The notes beneath the pieces were generated by a model that did not search any database, was not told where the DNA came from, and was given only the letters and a program-made list of their open reading frames with translations. The position numbers were made by a program, and so were the translations under genes. Below are positions 46,995 through 57,500 of a stretch of 64,000 bases of DNA, piece by piece. The stretch lies in sequence record MZ234031.1; one strand, given 5' to 3'. Origin of the DNA: Escherichia phage vB_EcoM-CHD94UKE2. Every line of letters starts with the position of its first letter. Position 1 is the stretch's first letter.

Positions 46995-47366
46995 ATGTTT
47001 AAAATCGGTAAGAAATATCGCATTCGCGAAGGTGAAGAAAAGAAATATCTATTTTCTGCTATTTATAGGAATGGTTCTATTAATGCTGTAATATCTACAA
47101 GCGAATTTATCGTTGAAGATATGAAAGGTAATAATGTTACAATGATTAGTACAGCATCTGGAAATGACGGAAAAATTCTTCACAGTTTTCAGAGTAATGT
47201 TCTAATTTATGATGAAGAATTTGACTTCTTCGAAGAAGTTCCCGAAGGTTTTGCTTTTGAATGCACTATCACTATGAAATCTGGTGACCCTCTTTCTTTT
47301 ACAGTTAAAGATGAAGGAAGTCGCTTGAGAATTATTAGTCTTCTTCAAGCCATTAAATTTAAGTGA
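46995..47366 (+). CDS. hypothetical protein (123 aa)
   Basis: AAGGG SD. Confidence 0.5.
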   Translation: MFKIGKKYRIREGEEKKYLFSAIYRNGSINAVISTSEFIVEDMKGNNVTMISTASGNDGKILHSFQSNVLIYDEEFDFFEEVPEGFAFECTITMKSGDPLSFTVKDEGSRLRIISLLQAIKFK

Positions 47367-47632
47367 AAATTATGAAATATATTAATCGTTCTATCGCGGC
47401 ATTAGTATTAGCAGTGTCTTTAGTAGGATGTACTGATGCTGATAATGCAACCAAAGTTTTGTCTTCAAGCGGTTTTACTAATATTGAAATCACTGGATAT
47501 AACTGGTTCGGTTGTTCTGAAAATGATTTCCAACATACTGGATTTCGTGCTATTGGACCTACTGGGCAGAAAGTAGAAGGAACAGTATGTTCTGGGCTGT
47601 TCTTTAAGGATTCAACTATTCGTTTTAAATAA
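47363..47632 (+). CDS. predicted lipoprotein (89 aa)
   Basis: signal peptide with lipobox LVGC. Confidence 0.5.
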   Translation: MKIMKYINRSIAALVLAVSLVGCTDADNATKVLSSSGFTNIEITGYNWFGCSENDFQHTGFRAIGPTGQKVEGTVCSGLFFKDSTIRFK

Positions 47633-47633
47633 A

Positions 47634-47652
47634 AGGCCTTCGGGCCTTTAGC
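47634..47652 (+). terminator. hairpin terminator (AGGCC-UUCG-GGCCU)
   Basis: AGGCCTTCGGGCCT + TTAGCTTT. Confidence 0.55.
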
Positions 47653-47701
47653 TTTATGATTACCGGAGTATAATATTCCCGAAACCAAACGAGGATAAGT
47701 G

Positions 47702-49519
47702 ATGATTAAGAATGAAATTAAAATTCTGAGCGATATTGAACATATCAAAAAGCGTAGCGGCATGTACATTGGCTCTTCTGCTAATGAAATGCATGAGCGC
47801 TTTCTGTTTGGTAAATGGGAAAGTGTTCAGTATGTACCTGGTCTTGTTAAGCTTATTGATGAAATTATCGATAACTCAGTAGATGAAGGTATTCGTACTA
47901 AGTTTAAATTCGCAAATAAAATTAATGTTACTATTAAAAACAATCAAGTAACAGTTGAAGATAACGGTCGTGGTATTCCACAAGCGATGGTTAAAACACC
48001 TACCGGTGAAGAAATTCCTGGTCCAGTTGCTGCATGGACTATTCCAAAAGCGGGTGGTAACTTCGGTGATGATAAAGAACGCGTCACCGGCGGTATGAAT
48101 GGTGTTGGTTCTAGTTTGACAAACATTTTTTCTGTGATGTTTGTCGGTGAAACTGGTGATGGTCAAAATAATATTGTAGTTCGTTGTTCAAATGGCATGG
48201 AAAATAAATCATGGGAAGATATTCCTGGAAAATGGAAAGGAACTCGTGTTACTTTCATTCCAGATTTTATGTCATTTGAAACTAATGAATTATCTCAAGT
48301 TTATCTTGACATTACACTAGATCGTCTCCAGACACTTGCTGTTGTTTATCCTGATATTCAATTTACCTTTAATGGTAAAAAGGTTCAGGGCAATTTTAAG
48401 AAATATGCACGACAGTATGATGAACATGCTATCGTTCAAGAACAAGAAAATTGTTCTATTGCGGTTGGTCGTTCACCCGACGGTTTTCGTCAATTAACAT
48501 ACGTCAATAACATTCATACTAAGAATGGTGGCCATCACATTGACTGTGTTATGGATGATATTTGTGAAGACCTTATTCCACAAATCAAACGCAAGTTCAA
48601 AATTGATGTAACTAAAGCACGCGTTAAAGAATGTTTGACTATCGTTATGTTTGTTCGTGATATGAAAAACATGCGATTTGATTCTCAAACTAAAGAGCGT
48701 TTGACTTCTCCATTTGGTGAAATCCGTAGTCATATTCAGCTTGATGCTAAAAAGATTTCACGTGCTATTTTGAATAATGAAGCAATTCTGATGCCAATTA
48801 TTGAAGCTGCTTTGGCTCGTAAATTGGCGGCAGAAAAAGCAGCAGAAACTAAAGCAGCTAAAAAGGCATCTAAAGCTAAGGTTCATAAACATATCAAAGC
48901 GAATCTTTGTGGTAAAGATGCTGATACTACATTGTTCTTGACTGAGGGTGATTCTGCTATCGGATATCTTATTGATGTTCGTAATAAAGAACTTCATGGT
49001 GGTTATCCATTACGTGGTAAAGTTCTCAACAGTTGGGGTATGTCATATGCTGATATGCTTAAAAACAAAGAACTATTTGATATTTGCGCAATCACTGGAT
49101 TAGTTCTTGGTGAAAAAGCTGAAAACTTGAATTATCATAATATTGCTATTATGACTGATGCTGACCATGATGGTCTAGGAAGCATTTATCCTTCTCTGCT
49201 TGGATTTTTTAGTAATTGGCCAGAACTGTTTGAGCAAGGAAGAATTCGCTTCGTCAAAACTCCTGTAATCATCGCTCAGGTCGGTAAAAAACAAGAATGG
49301 TTTTATACAGTCGCTGAATATGAGAGTGCCAAAGATGCTCTACCTAAACATAGCATCCGTTATATTAAAGGACTTGGCTCTTTGGAAAAATCTGAATATC
49401 GTGAGATGATTCAAAACCCAGTATATGATGTTGTTAAACTTCCTGAGAACTGGAAAGAGCTTTTTGAAATGCTCATGGGAGATAATGCTGACCTTCGTAA
49501 AGAATGGATGAGCCAGTAG
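47702..49519 (+). CDS. 39: DNA topoisomerase II large (ATPase) subunit gp39, unsplit
   Basis: 605 aa from ATG 47702 (MIKNEIKILSDIEHIKKRSGMYIGS, GyrB-like); no separate gene 60. Confidence 0.9.
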   Translation: MIKNEIKILSDIEHIKKRSGMYIGSSANEMHERFLFGKWESVQYVPGLVKLIDEIIDNSVDEGIRTKFKFANKINVTIKNNQVTVEDNGRGIPQAMVKTPTGEEIPGPVAAWTIPKAGGNFGDDKERVTGGMNGVGSSLTNIFSVMFVGETGDGQNNIVVRCSNGMENKSWEDIPGKWKGTRVTFIPDFMSFETNELSQVYLDITLDRLQTLAVVYPDIQFTFNGKKVQGNFKKYARQYDEHAIVQEQENCSIAVGRSPDGFRQLTYVNNIHTKNGGHHIDCVMDDICEDLIPQIKRKFKIDVTKARVKECLTIVMFVRDMKNMRFDSQTKERLTSPFGEIRSHIQLDAKKISRAILNNEAILMPIIEAALARKLAAEKAAETKAAKKASKAKVHKHIKANLCGKDADTTLFLTEGDSAIGYLIDVRNKELHGGYPLRGKVLNSWGMSYADMLKNKELFDICAITGLVLGEKAENLNYHNIAIMTDADHDGLGSIYPSLLGFFSNWPELFEQGRIRFVKTPVIIAQVGKKQEWFYTVAEYESAKDALPKHSIRYIKGLGSLEKSEYREMIQNPVYDVVKLPENWKELFEMLMGDNADLRKEWMSQ

Positions 49520-49548
49520 TTTACTTTACCACAAGGATGTGGTATAAT
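49519..49548 (+). promoter_or_regulatory. T4-type early promoter (GTTTAC-N18-TATAAT)
   Basis: -35 49519-49524, -10 49543-49548. Confidence 0.6.
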
Positions 49549-49573
49549 TAATTGGGCAAATGAGGATATTGAA

Positions 49574-49777
49574 ATGAAATCATATAAAGTAAATTTAGAA
49601 CTTTTTGATAAAGCAGTTCATCGAGAATATAGAATCATTCAACGCTTTTTCGATATGGGAGAAGCTGAAGAGTTTAAAAACCGCTTTAAGGATATTAGAG
49701 ATAAAATTCAATCCGACACCGCAACTAAAGATGAACTACTAGAAGTTGCTGAAGTTATTAAACGCAATATGAATTAA
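49574..49777 (+). CDS. hypothetical protein (67 aa)
   Basis: GAGGA SD. Confidence 0.45.
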   Translation: MKSYKVNLELFDKAVHREYRIIQRFFDMGEAEEFKNRFKDIRDKIQSDTATKDELLEVAEVIKRNMN

Positions 49778-49787
49778 TGAGGAAATT

Positions 49788-51965
49788 ATGATTATCACCA
49801 CTGAAAAAGAAACAATTCTTGGTAATGGTTCTAAATCAAAAGCATTTAGCATCACAGCATCTCCTAAAGTATTTAAAATTCTATCATCTGATTTGTACAC
49901 AAACAAGATTCGCGCAGTAGTCCGTGAATTGATTACCAACATGATTGATGCCCATGCTCTCAATGGAAATCCTGAAAAATTTATCATTCAAGTTCCTGGA
50001 CGTTTAGACCCACGATTTGTTTGTCGAGATTTTGGTCCGGGTATGAGTGATTTTGATATTCAGGGTGATGATAATTCTCCTGGGTTGTATAATTCATACT
50101 TCAGTTCATCTAAAGCTGAATCTAATGACTTTATTGGCGGATTTGGTTTAGGTTCTAAATCTCCGTTTAGTTATACTGATACGTTTAGTATTACTTCGTA
50201 TCATAAAGGTGAAATTCGTGGTTATGTAGCTTACATGGATGGTGATGGCCCACAGATTAAACCTACATTCGTAAAAGAAATGGGTCCAGATGATAAAACT
50301 GGTATTGAAATCGTAGTTCCAGTTGAAGAAAAAGACTTTAGAAACTTTGCTTATGAAGTTTCTTATATCATGCGACCATTCAAAGATTTGGCTATCATTA
50401 ATGGTCTTGACCGCGAAATTGATTATTTTCCGGATTTTGATGATTATTACGGCATAAATCCAGAAAGATACTGGCCTGATCGTGGTGGATTATATGCTAT
50501 CTATGGCGGTATTGTTTATCCTATCGATGGTGTTATTAAAGACCGTAACTGGCTAAGCATTCGTAATGAAGTGAATTACATTAAGTTTCCAATGGGTTCG
50601 CTTGATATTGCTCCATCACGCGAAGCTCTTTCACTAGATGATCGTACTCGTAAAAATATTATTGAACGAGTTAAAGAACTCAGTGAGAAAGCATTTAATG
50701 AAGATGTAAAACGATTTAAAGAATCTACATCTCCTCGTCACACATATCGTGAATTGATGAAGATGGGATATTCTGCTCGAGATTATATGATTAGTAATTC
50801 AGTCAAATTCACGACTAAAAATCTGTCATATAAAAAGATGCAGAGCATGTTTGAACCTGACAATAAGTTATGTAATGCAGGAGTTGTGTATGAAGTAAAT
50901 CTTGATCCTCGACTGAAGCGCATTAAGCAAAGTCATGAAACTTCAGCCGTTGCATCAAGTTATCGTCTGTTTGGTATTAATACAACAAAAATTAATATCG
51001 TTATTGATAATATTAAAAATCGTGTTAATATTGTTCGTGGATTAGCACGAGCGTTAGATGATAGTGAATTTAATAACACTTTGAATATTCATCATAATGA
51101 GCGTCTTCTGTTTATTAATCCAGAAGTAGAATCGCAGATTGATTTGCTTCCTGATATTATGGCGATGTTTGAAAGTGATGAAGTTAACATTCATTATTTG
51201 TCAGAAATTGAAGCTTTAGTTAAAAGCTATATTCCAAAGGTAGTTAAAAGTAAAGCTCCTCGTCCTAAAGCTGCTACAGCATTTAAGTTTGAAATTAAAG
51301 ACGGGCGCTGGGAAAAAGAGGAATTATTTACGCTCACATCAGAAGCAGATGAAATTACTGGGTATGTAGCGTATATGCATCGTTCTGATATTTTCTCTAT
51401 GGATGGTACTACATCTCTTTGTCATCCATCTATGAATATTTTGATTCGTATGGCTAATCTTATTGGCATTAATGAGTTTTATGTTATTCGTCCGCTTTTG
51501 CAGAAAAAGGTAAAAGAACTCGGTCAGTGCCAATGTATTTTTGAAACTCTGCGTGATTTATATGTAGATGCTTTTGATGATGTAGATTATGATAAGTACG
51601 TAGGTTATTCAAGTTCAGCTCAACGATATATTGATAAAATTATCAAGTATCCTGAACTAGATTTTATGATGAAGTACTTCAGTACAGATGAAGTTTCTGA
51701 AGAATATACACGACTCGCTAATATAGTTAGTTCATTGCGCGGTGTATATTTTAATGGTGGAAAAGATACCATCGGTCATGATATCTGGACAGTAACTAAT
51801 CTTTTTGATGTATTATCAAATAATGCTTCAAAAAACAGTGATAAAATGGTTGCTGAGTTTACCAAGAAATTCCGTATTGTTTCCGACTTCATCGGATATC
51901 GCAACTCTTTAAGTGATGATGAAGTTTCCCAAATCGCTAAAACTATGAAGGCCCTTGCGGCCTAA
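49788..51965 (+). CDS. rIIA: rIIA protein
   Basis: 725 aa, matches T4 rIIA by recall. Confidence 0.95.
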   Translation: MIITTEKETILGNGSKSKAFSITASPKVFKILSSDLYTNKIRAVVRELITNMIDAHALNGNPEKFIIQVPGRLDPRFVCRDFGPGMSDFDIQGDDNSPGLYNSYFSSSKAESNDFIGGFGLGSKSPFSYTDTFSITSYHKGEIRGYVAYMDGDGPQIKPTFVKEMGPDDKTGIEIVVPVEEKDFRNFAYEVSYIMRPFKDLAIINGLDREIDYFPDFDDYYGINPERYWPDRGGLYAIYGGIVYPIDGVIKDRNWLSIRNEVNYIKFPMGSLDIAPSREALSLDDRTRKNIIERVKELSEKAFNEDVKRFKESTSPRHTYRELMKMGYSARDYMISNSVKFTTKNLSYKKMQSMFEPDNKLCNAGVVYEVNLDPRLKRIKQSHETSAVASSYRLFGINTTKINIVIDNIKNRVNIVRGLARALDDSEFNNTLNIHHNERLLFINPEVESQIDLLPDIMAMFESDEVNIHYLSEIEALVKSYIPKVVKSKAPRPKAATAFKFEIKDGRWEKEELFTLTSEADEITGYVAYMHRSDIFSMDGTTSLCHPSMNILIRMANLIGINEFYVIRPLLQKKVKELGQCQCIFETLRDLYVDAFDDVDYDKYVGYSSSAQRYIDKIIKYPELDFMMKYFSTDEVSEEYTRLANIVSSLRGVYFNGGKDTIGHDIWTVTNLFDVLSNNASKNSDKMVAEFTKKFRIVSDFIGYRNSLSDDEVSQIAKTMKALAA

Positions 51966-51976
51966 TAAGGAAAATT

Positions 51977-52915
51977 ATGTACAATATTAAATGCCTGACC
52001 AAAAACGAACAAGCTGAAATTGTTAAACTGTATTCAAGTGGTAATTACACCCAGCAGGAATTGGCTGATTGGCAAGGTGTATCGGTTGACACAATCCGTC
52101 GTGTTTTGAAAAATGCTGAAGAAGCAGAACGCTCTAAAGTTACTATTAGCGGTGACATTACAGTTAAAGTTAATAGCGATGCAGTTATTGCTCCAGTTGC
52201 TAAATCTGACATTATTTGGAATGCATCTAAAAAATTCATTTCAATTACTGTTGACGGTGTAACTTATAACGCAACTCCTAATACTCATTCAAACTTCCAG
52301 GAAATTCTTAATCTGCTTGTAGCGGATAAGTTGGAAGAAGCGGCACAAAAAATTAATGTTCGTCGCGCTGTTGAAAAATATATTTCCGGCGATGTTCGAA
52401 TTGAAGGTGGAAGCTTATTCTATCAAAATATTGAATTGCGGTCTGGTTTGGTTGATCGTATTCTTGATTCGATGGAAAAAGGCGAAAACTTTGAATTTTA
52501 TTTTCCGTTCTTGAAAAATCTGCTGGAAAACCCAAGCCAGAAAGCGGTATCTCGACTCTTTGATTTCTTGGTAGCAAACGATATTGAAATTACAGAAGAT
52601 GGTTACTTCTATGCTTGGAAAGTAGTTCGTAGCAATTACTTTGATTGTCACTCAAACACTTTTGATAACAGTCCTGGTAAAGTAGTTAAAATGCCGCGTA
52701 CTCGTGTGAATGACGATGATACGCAAACTTGTTCCCGCGGTTTGCATGTATGTTCTAAATCTTATATTCGTCACTTTGGCAGTTCAACCAGCCGAGTCGT
52801 AAAAGTTAAAGTACATCCGCGTGATGTAGTATCAATTCCGATTGATTACAACGATGCTAAAATGCGTACCTGCCAATACGAAGTAGTTGAAGACGTTACT
52901 GAACAATTTAAATAA
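51977..52915 (+). CDS. rIIB: rIIB protein
   Basis: 312 aa, matches T4 rIIB by recall. Confidence 0.95.
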   Translation: MYNIKCLTKNEQAEIVKLYSSGNYTQQELADWQGVSVDTIRRVLKNAEEAERSKVTISGDITVKVNSDAVIAPVAKSDIIWNASKKFISITVDGVTYNATPNTHSNFQEILNLLVADKLEEAAQKINVRRAVEKYISGDVRIEGGSLFYQNIELRSGLVDRILDSMEKGENFEFYFPFLKNLLENPSQKAVSRLFDFLVANDIEITEDGYFYAWKVVRSNYFDCHSNTFDNSPGKVVKMPRTRVNDDDTQTCSRGLHVCSKSYIRHFGSSTSRVVKVKVHPRDVVSIPIDYNDAKMRTCQYEVVEDVTEQFK

Positions 52916-52928
52916 GGGCTTCGGCCCT
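52914..52928 (+). terminator. hairpin (GGGCUUCGGCCC) after rIIB
   Basis: GGGCTTCGGCCC, weak T tract. Confidence 0.45.
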
Positions 52929-52943
52929 TAACTAAGGAAAATT

Positions 52944-53138
52944 ATGTTAGGTTATCAAGCACGAGTAAAAGAAGAATACGATCAATTAATGCTCAAAATT
53001 AATGCACTTAGCAATTTTTTAGAAAGCACAAAGTTTCTAACGGTTAGTGCAGTTGAGCAAGAATTGCTACTTTCGCAGTTTATCTCAATGAAATCTTACG
53101 CAGATTGTTTAGAAAAAAGAATTGCACAATTCAAATAA
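52944..53138 (+). CDS. hypothetical protein (64 aa)
   Basis: AAGGAAA SD. Confidence 0.45.
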   Translation: MLGYQARVKEEYDQLMLKINALSNFLESTKFLTVSAVEQELLLSQFISMKSYADCLEKRIAQFK

Positions 53139-53143
53139 AATAA

Positions 53144-53163
53144 GGGCTTCGGCCCTTTTGTTT
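53144..53163 (+). terminator. intrinsic terminator
   Basis: GGGCTTCGGCCC + TTTTGTTTT. Confidence 0.7.
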
Positions 53164-53201
53164 TAAGGGAAATTATGATTCCGACATAAAGGAAAGTTTA
53201 A

Positions 53202-53759
53202 ATGCAGAAAACGAATCCGGGTTTGCAGAGACTATTTCAGATTCCGTCATTTACCCTATCGAACAGTGACTTGACTAGTGAAATGAAGGTCAAAATTGCT
53301 GATACTGCAAGATACTCTTTAAAACAAAACCCGAACCAGGATAAAGCAGAAGTTATCGAAAGATGTCGTATCGCTGTGTACGCAGAGTTTTTTGTGGCAG
53401 ATTGGCTAAGAGGGTATGTTAACAAAGGCCAAGAGGATGTTAATGACCCGTATACATACGCATGGGATGTACTGGCGCATCCAAAATACTGCGGGCTTCG
53501 TGTAGAAGTTAAGACACATCAAACTGACTCACGTTGGATTTCGGTAACAACAGGATGCAGCGGAGAGTATCCATATGGTTCTGGAATAAATCTAGGGCCC
53601 ATTCTAAATCATCAAGTCGCTGACTGTATAATTATATTCAACACTAAAGAAATTCATCCAGGTGTCATCCAGTACACTCCGAAGTTCATCGGTGACAGAG
53701 AAGACCTTCGTAAGGTTGTAAGAAAAAGCAACTACAATGGATGGTATCTTTCCATTTAA
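53202..53759 (+). CDS. denB: endonuclease IV DenB-like (by size and position)
   Basis: 185 aa downstream of rIIB. Confidence 0.55.
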   Translation: MQKTNPGLQRLFQIPSFTLSNSDLTSEMKVKIADTARYSLKQNPNQDKAEVIERCRIAVYAEFFVADWLRGYVNKGQEDVNDPYTYAWDVLAHPKYCGLRVEVKTHQTDSRWISVTTGCSGEYPYGSGINLGPILNHQVADCIIIFNTKEIHPGVIQYTPKFIGDREDLRKVVRKSNYNGWYLSI

Positions 53760-53775
53760 AAATTTTCACAAAACG

Positions 53776-53805
53776 GTTTACATACCACAAGGACTGTGGT
53801 ACTAT
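53776..53805 (+). promoter_or_regulatory. T4-type early promoter (GTTTAC-N18-TACTAT)
   Basis: -35 53776-53781, -10 53800-53805. Confidence 0.55.
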
Positions 53806-53832
53806 ACAACTATCAGCTACGGAGGAGTAAAA

Positions 53833-54096
53833 ATGAAATTTAAATTTTATTACGCTAAACATAAAATTACCGGTGAATTTATTGCATTTACGACTTCAAC
53901 TACAGATGAAGGAGATATTTTTACTGCAGTATTTTTATCAAAATGGGAATCAGATCAACCTTACTTATCATCACGTGAAGATCTCCAACGATTAGTTAAT
54001 GGAGAATATAATGATTCATGGTCATATTTAGTCCATGATTGTGTTAAAAAGGCAATAAAACAAAAACACTTGGAAATCGTTGAGATTGAACTATGA
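53833..54096 (+). CDS. hypothetical protein (87 aa)
   Basis: ATG 53833 after GGAGGAG. Confidence 0.45.
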   Translation: MKFKFYYAKHKITGEFIAFTTSTTDEGDIFTAVFLSKWESDQPYLSSREDLQRLVNGEYNDSWSYLVHDCVKKAIKQKHLEIVEIEL

Positions 54097-54281
54097 GTTC
54101 ATTATGGTGGTGTTTCGTTTGGTTAATTAGTATTCCATTAATTTGTTTAACATTTACTTTTGTGATGAGGTTATTATGAAAATTTTGAATTCTGTGCTTA
54201 TTGCTTGTGCGTGGTGGGTTGCGCAAGTTTCAGCAGTAGTAGTTGGTATTCACATTTATTACGAATATTTTTAAAAAAGTT

Positions 54282-54311
54282 GTTTACAAGACTGTTCTTC
54301 CGTGGTATTAT
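54282..54311 (+). promoter_or_regulatory. T4-type early promoter (GTTTAC-N18-TATTAT)
   Basis: -35 54282-54287, -10 54306-54311. Confidence 0.5.
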
Positions 54312-54339
54312 TACCCTATCAACTACGGAGGAACAGAAA

Positions 54340-54453
54340 ATGAAAAAGATTGTTAAAGCTATATGGAATGTAGTTATAATACTAATAGTTTTGAGTATAT
54401 TCCCAATCGTTTTAATGATTGATGTATTAAACGCTTACTTTGGATTTATGTGA
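54340..54453 (+). CDS. small hydrophobic peptide (37 aa)
   Basis: ATG after GGAGGAACAGAAA. Confidence 0.35.
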   Translation: MKKIVKAIWNVVIILIVLSIFPIVLMIDVLNAYFGFM

Positions 54454-54460
54454 GGAAAAT

Positions 54461-54658
54461 ATGAAGCGTAAACGCAGTGCTTTTACATTTATTGAATGGT
54501 TTTTCGATAATATTTTTCCGGCTTTATTCATTTTCATGCTGATTTTTGCTTTAGGTTCAGTTGTAGTTGGAATCTATTTGATGACAGTAGTCGGAATTGA
54601 TATTCATCAAAATGGTTTAAAATCCGTAGTTGAAACAATTTGGAACGGTGTAAAATGA
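54461..54658 (+). CDS. small membrane protein (65 aa)
   Basis: ATG 54461 after GAGGAAAAT. Confidence 0.4.
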   Translation: MKRKRSAFTFIEWFFDNIFPALFIFMLIFALGSVVVGIYLMTVVGIDIHQNGLKSVVETIWNGVK

Positions 54659-54773
54659 TGAATTTGCTGAGCGGTTGGTTTTATATTCTTATGTTTTACA
54701 TTGGCGCAAATTTTCCATATTGGATGGGATGGTCAACAACTGCGTTTGGATTTTATACTCCTTGAGGTGAATT

Positions 54774-54989
54774 ATGAAAATCTTTAAAGATGTAAAAGTT
54801 GGTGAAATTTTCTGTTTAGATAACGGTGATCAGTTAATTCGTATTTCACCTCTTAAGAGCACTAGCGAGAAACCGACAGTTAACGCTACTTTAGCAAACA
54901 ATAGTAATGAACGTTTCTGTATTGAAAATGATACTGAAACTTATACCGTAGAAGAGTTTTGGGAATTGAGCGTCGACTGCGACGATTAA
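54774..54989 (+). CDS. hypothetical protein (71 aa)
   Basis: GAGGTGAATT SD. Confidence 0.45.
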   Translation: MKIFKDVKVGEIFCLDNGDQLIRISPLKSTSEKPTVNATLANNSNERFCIENDTETYTVEEFWELSVDCDD

Positions 54990-55049
54990 TTTAATGGCCG
55001 TGTGTATTCATGCGGCCTTGGAGTAGAAAATAATTTAGAGGAAATTAAT

Positions 55050-55508
55050 ATGAAATACATGACTGTTACTGATCTGAATAATGCAGGCGCTACCGTTATT
55101 GGTACAATCAAGAACGGTGAATGGTTTTTGGGAGTTCCACATAAAGATATTTTATCTAAACCTGGATTTTACTTTTTAGTAAGTAAATTAGATGGTCGTC
55201 CATTTAGTAATCCATGTGTGTCTGCACGATTTTATGTAGGTAATCAGCGTTCTAAGCAAGGATTTAGTGCGGTTCTAAGTCATATTCGTCAACGTCGGTC
55301 TCAGCTTGCGCGTACTATTGCAAATAACAATGTTCCATACACAGTATTTTATCTGCCTGCTTCTAAGATGAAACCTCTGACTACGGGATTTGGAAAAGGT
55401 CAGTTAGCTTTGGCGTTTATTCGTAATCATCATTCTGAGTATCAAACACTTGAAGAAATGAACCGTATGTTGGCTGATAACTTTAAATTCGTTTTGCAGG
55501 CATATTAA
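55050..55508 (+). CDS. ndd: nucleoid disruption protein Ndd-like (by size and position)
   Basis: 152 aa from ATG 55050 after GAGGAAATTAAT; directly upstream of stp. Confidence 0.55.
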   Translation: MKYMTVTDLNNAGATVIGTIKNGEWFLGVPHKDILSKPGFYFLVSKLDGRPFSNPCVSARFYVGNQRSKQGFSAVLSHIRQRRSQLARTIANNNVPYTVFYLPASKMKPLTTGFGKGQLALAFIRNHHSEYQTLEEMNRMLADNFKFVLQAY

Positions 55509-55588
55509 TGAGTAATTTCCACAACGAACATGTGATGCAGTTCTATCGTAATAATTTTAAAACTAAAGGCGTCTTCGGACGCCAGTGA
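55508..55588 (+). CDS. stp: Stp peptide (activator of the host PrrC anticodon nuclease)
   Basis: 26 aa [31 protein letters not shown] overlap with upstream stop. Confidence 0.7.
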   Translation: MSNFHNEHVMQFYRNNFKTKGVFGRQ

Positions 55589-55595
55589 GGAAAAT

Positions 55596-55754
55596 ATAAA
55601 TATTGCAAAATTATTAGGAGTTATTTCATTTATTTGTTGGATAGTAGCATGTGTTTTAACTATCTGTATTGATGTCAGCAGTGTGTTTTCGCAAGCTTTA
55701 GCTCAGGGTATGTGTGCATATTTAACATTTGTGTTGTTATCTACTAATGATTAA
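55596..55754 (+). CDS. small membrane protein, ac-like by position; no canonical start codon
   Basis: ATA occupies the start position after TGAGGAAAAT; hydrophobic 52 codons. Confidence 0.3.
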   Translation: MNIAKLLGVISFICWIVACVLTICIDVSSVFSQALAQGMCAYLTFVLLSTND

Positions 55755-55887
55755 GAAAATCTTGGGCTATTCATTAGCCCTTGCTATTTTATTGATAGCA
55801 TTATATTACGGAATAATGTTCGGATTAATTCAAGTCGTGCTTTTCATTTCTGATGTTATTATGGCACTACATTCACTAGTATGGTAA
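55747..55887 (+). CDS. small membrane protein (46 aa)
   Basis: ATG overlapping upstream stop; hydrophobic. Confidence 0.35.
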   Translation: MIKKILGYSLALAILLIALYYGIMFGLIQVVLFISDVIMALHSLVW

Positions 55888-55891
55888 ATTT

Positions 55892-57220
55892 ATGCAACTG
55901 AATAATCGTGATTTAAAAAGTATCATTGATAATGAAGCATTGGCTTATGCTATGTACACGGTTGAAAATCGTGCCATTCCAAATATGATTGACGGATTTA
56001 AGCCAGTTCAACGATTTGTTATTGCTCGAGCTCTTGATTTGGCACGAGGAAATAAAGATAAGTTTCACAAACTCGCTTCTATCGCAGGCGGTGTAGCGGA
56101 CCTTGGATATCATCATGGTGAAAACTCTGCGCAAGACGCAGGTGCTTTGATGGCTAACACTTGGAATAATAACTTTCCTCTGTTAGACGGTCAAGGAAAC
56201 TTTGGTTCTCGTACTGTCCAAAAGGCAGCAGCAAGTCGTTATATTTTTGCTCGTGTAAGTAAAAATTTCTATAACGTATATAAAGATACTGAATATGCTC
56301 CAGTACATCAAGATAAAGAACACATTCCGCCTGCTTTCTATTTGCCTATTATTCCTACTGTTCTTCTTAATGGCGTTTCCGGTATTGCAACTGGTTATGC
56401 AACTTACATTCTTCCTCATAGTGTTTCTTCTGTCAAGAAAGCTGTACTGCAAGCTCTTCAAGGAAAGAAAGTAACTAAACCGAAGGTAGAATTCCCAGAA
56501 TTTCGTGGTGAAGTCGTTGAAATTGATGGGCAATATGAAATTCGTGGAACATATAAGTTTACTTCACGAACTCAAATGCATATCACTGAGATTCCATATA
56601 AGTATGATCGTGAAACTTATGTGAGTAAAATCTTAGACCCGCTTGAAGATAAAGGCTTCATTACATGGGATGATGCTTGTGGTGAGCATGGCTTTGGCTT
56701 CAAAGTTAAATTCCGAAAAGAATACTCTTTGAGCGATAATGAAGAAGAACGCCATGCAAAAATTATGAAAGACTTCGGGTTGATTGAGCGTCGTTCCCAG
56801 AATATTACCGTCATTAATGAGAAAGGAAAGCTGCAAGTTTACGATAATGTAGTTGATTTAATCAAAGACTTCGTTGAAGTTCGTAAAACTTATGTCCAAA
56901 AACGAATTGATAACAAAATCAAAGAAACTGAATCAGCATTTCGTTTAGCTTTTGCCAAGGCACATTTCATTAAGAAAGTAATTTCAGGTGAAATTGTTGT
57001 ACAAGGTAAAACTCGCAAAGAACTGACCGAAGAACTTTCTAAAATTGATATGTATTCTTCTTATGTTGATAAACTAGTTGGAATGAACATTTTTCATATG
57101 ACTTCCGACGAAGCAAAGAAACTTGCTGAAGAAGCTAAAGCCAAAAAAGAAGAAAACGAATATTGGAAAACTACTGATGTAGTTACAGAATACACCAAAG
57201 ATTTAGAGGAAATCAAATGA
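55892..57220 (+). CDS. 52: DNA topoisomerase II medium subunit gp52
   Basis: 442 aa, GyrA-like N-terminus. Confidence 0.95.
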   Translation: MQLNNRDLKSIIDNEALAYAMYTVENRAIPNMIDGFKPVQRFVIARALDLARGNKDKFHKLASIAGGVADLGYHHGENSAQDAGALMANTWNNNFPLLDGQGNFGSRTVQKAAASRYIFARVSKNFYNVYKDTEYAPVHQDKEHIPPAFYLPIIPTVLLNGVSGIATGYATYILPHSVSSVKKAVLQALQGKKVTKPKVEFPEFRGEVVEIDGQYEIRGTYKFTSRTQMHITEIPYKYDRETYVSKILDPLEDKGFITWDDACGEHGFGFKVKFRKEYSLSDNEEERHAKIMKDFGLIERRSQNITVINEKGKLQVYDNVVDLIKDFVEVRKTYVQKRIDNKIKETESAFRLAFAKAHFIKKVISGEIVVQGKTRKELTEELSKIDMYSSYVDKLVGMNIFHMTSDEAKKLAEEAKAKKEENEYWKTTDVVTEYTKDLEEIK

Positions 57221-57366
57221 GTCCATTCATTGGTATCACAAGCGCTGCATTAGTATCTGGTGGCATTTTACTGGCGGGTTTAGGTGTTGTTCCTGCCGTA
57301 GCAGGAGGTCTTCTTGCGTTCGGAATTCAACGTGTTATCATGACAGTTATCACAGTCATGCAGTAA
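57217..57366 (+). CDS. small Gly/Ala-rich membrane protein (49 aa)
   Basis: ATGA overlap with gene 52 stop. Confidence 0.4.
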   Translation: MSPFIGITSAALVSGGILLAGLGVVPAVAGGLLAFGIQRVIMTVITVMQ

Positions 57367-57371
57367 TTTTA

Positions 57372-57396
57372 GGGAGAGCCTCGGCTCTCCCTTTTT
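57372..57396 (+). terminator. intrinsic terminator
   Basis: GGGAGAGC-CTCG-GCTCTCCC + TTTTT. Confidence 0.75.
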
Positions 57397-57421
57397 ATTT
57401 CAAAAATTTTTTCACAAAACG

Positions 57422-57451
57422 GTTTACAACCAAAGCATACTGTGGTACTAT
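57422..57451 (+). promoter_or_regulatory. T4-type early promoter (GTTTAC-N18-TACTAT)
   Basis: -35 57422-57427, -10 57446-57451. Confidence 0.55.
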
Positions 57452-57455
57452 ACAA

Positions 57456-57478
57456 CTATCAAATAAATGAACTGAAAC
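57456..57478 (+). promoter_or_regulatory. conserved 23-nt leader element CTATCAAATAAATGAACTGAAAC (second copy at 57801-57823)
   Basis: identical 23-mer begins 5 nt after the -10 of two consecutive early promoters; contains ATG-AAC-TGA minicistron. Confidence 0.7.
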
Positions 57479-57500
57479 AAACAACCCGGAGATACAAAAA

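Noticed and set aside
47702-49519. Gene 60-type translational bypass (50-nt hop)
   Set aside because: Gene 39 is a single uninterrupted ORF; no take-off/landing GGA pair with intervening stop-containing gap was seen.
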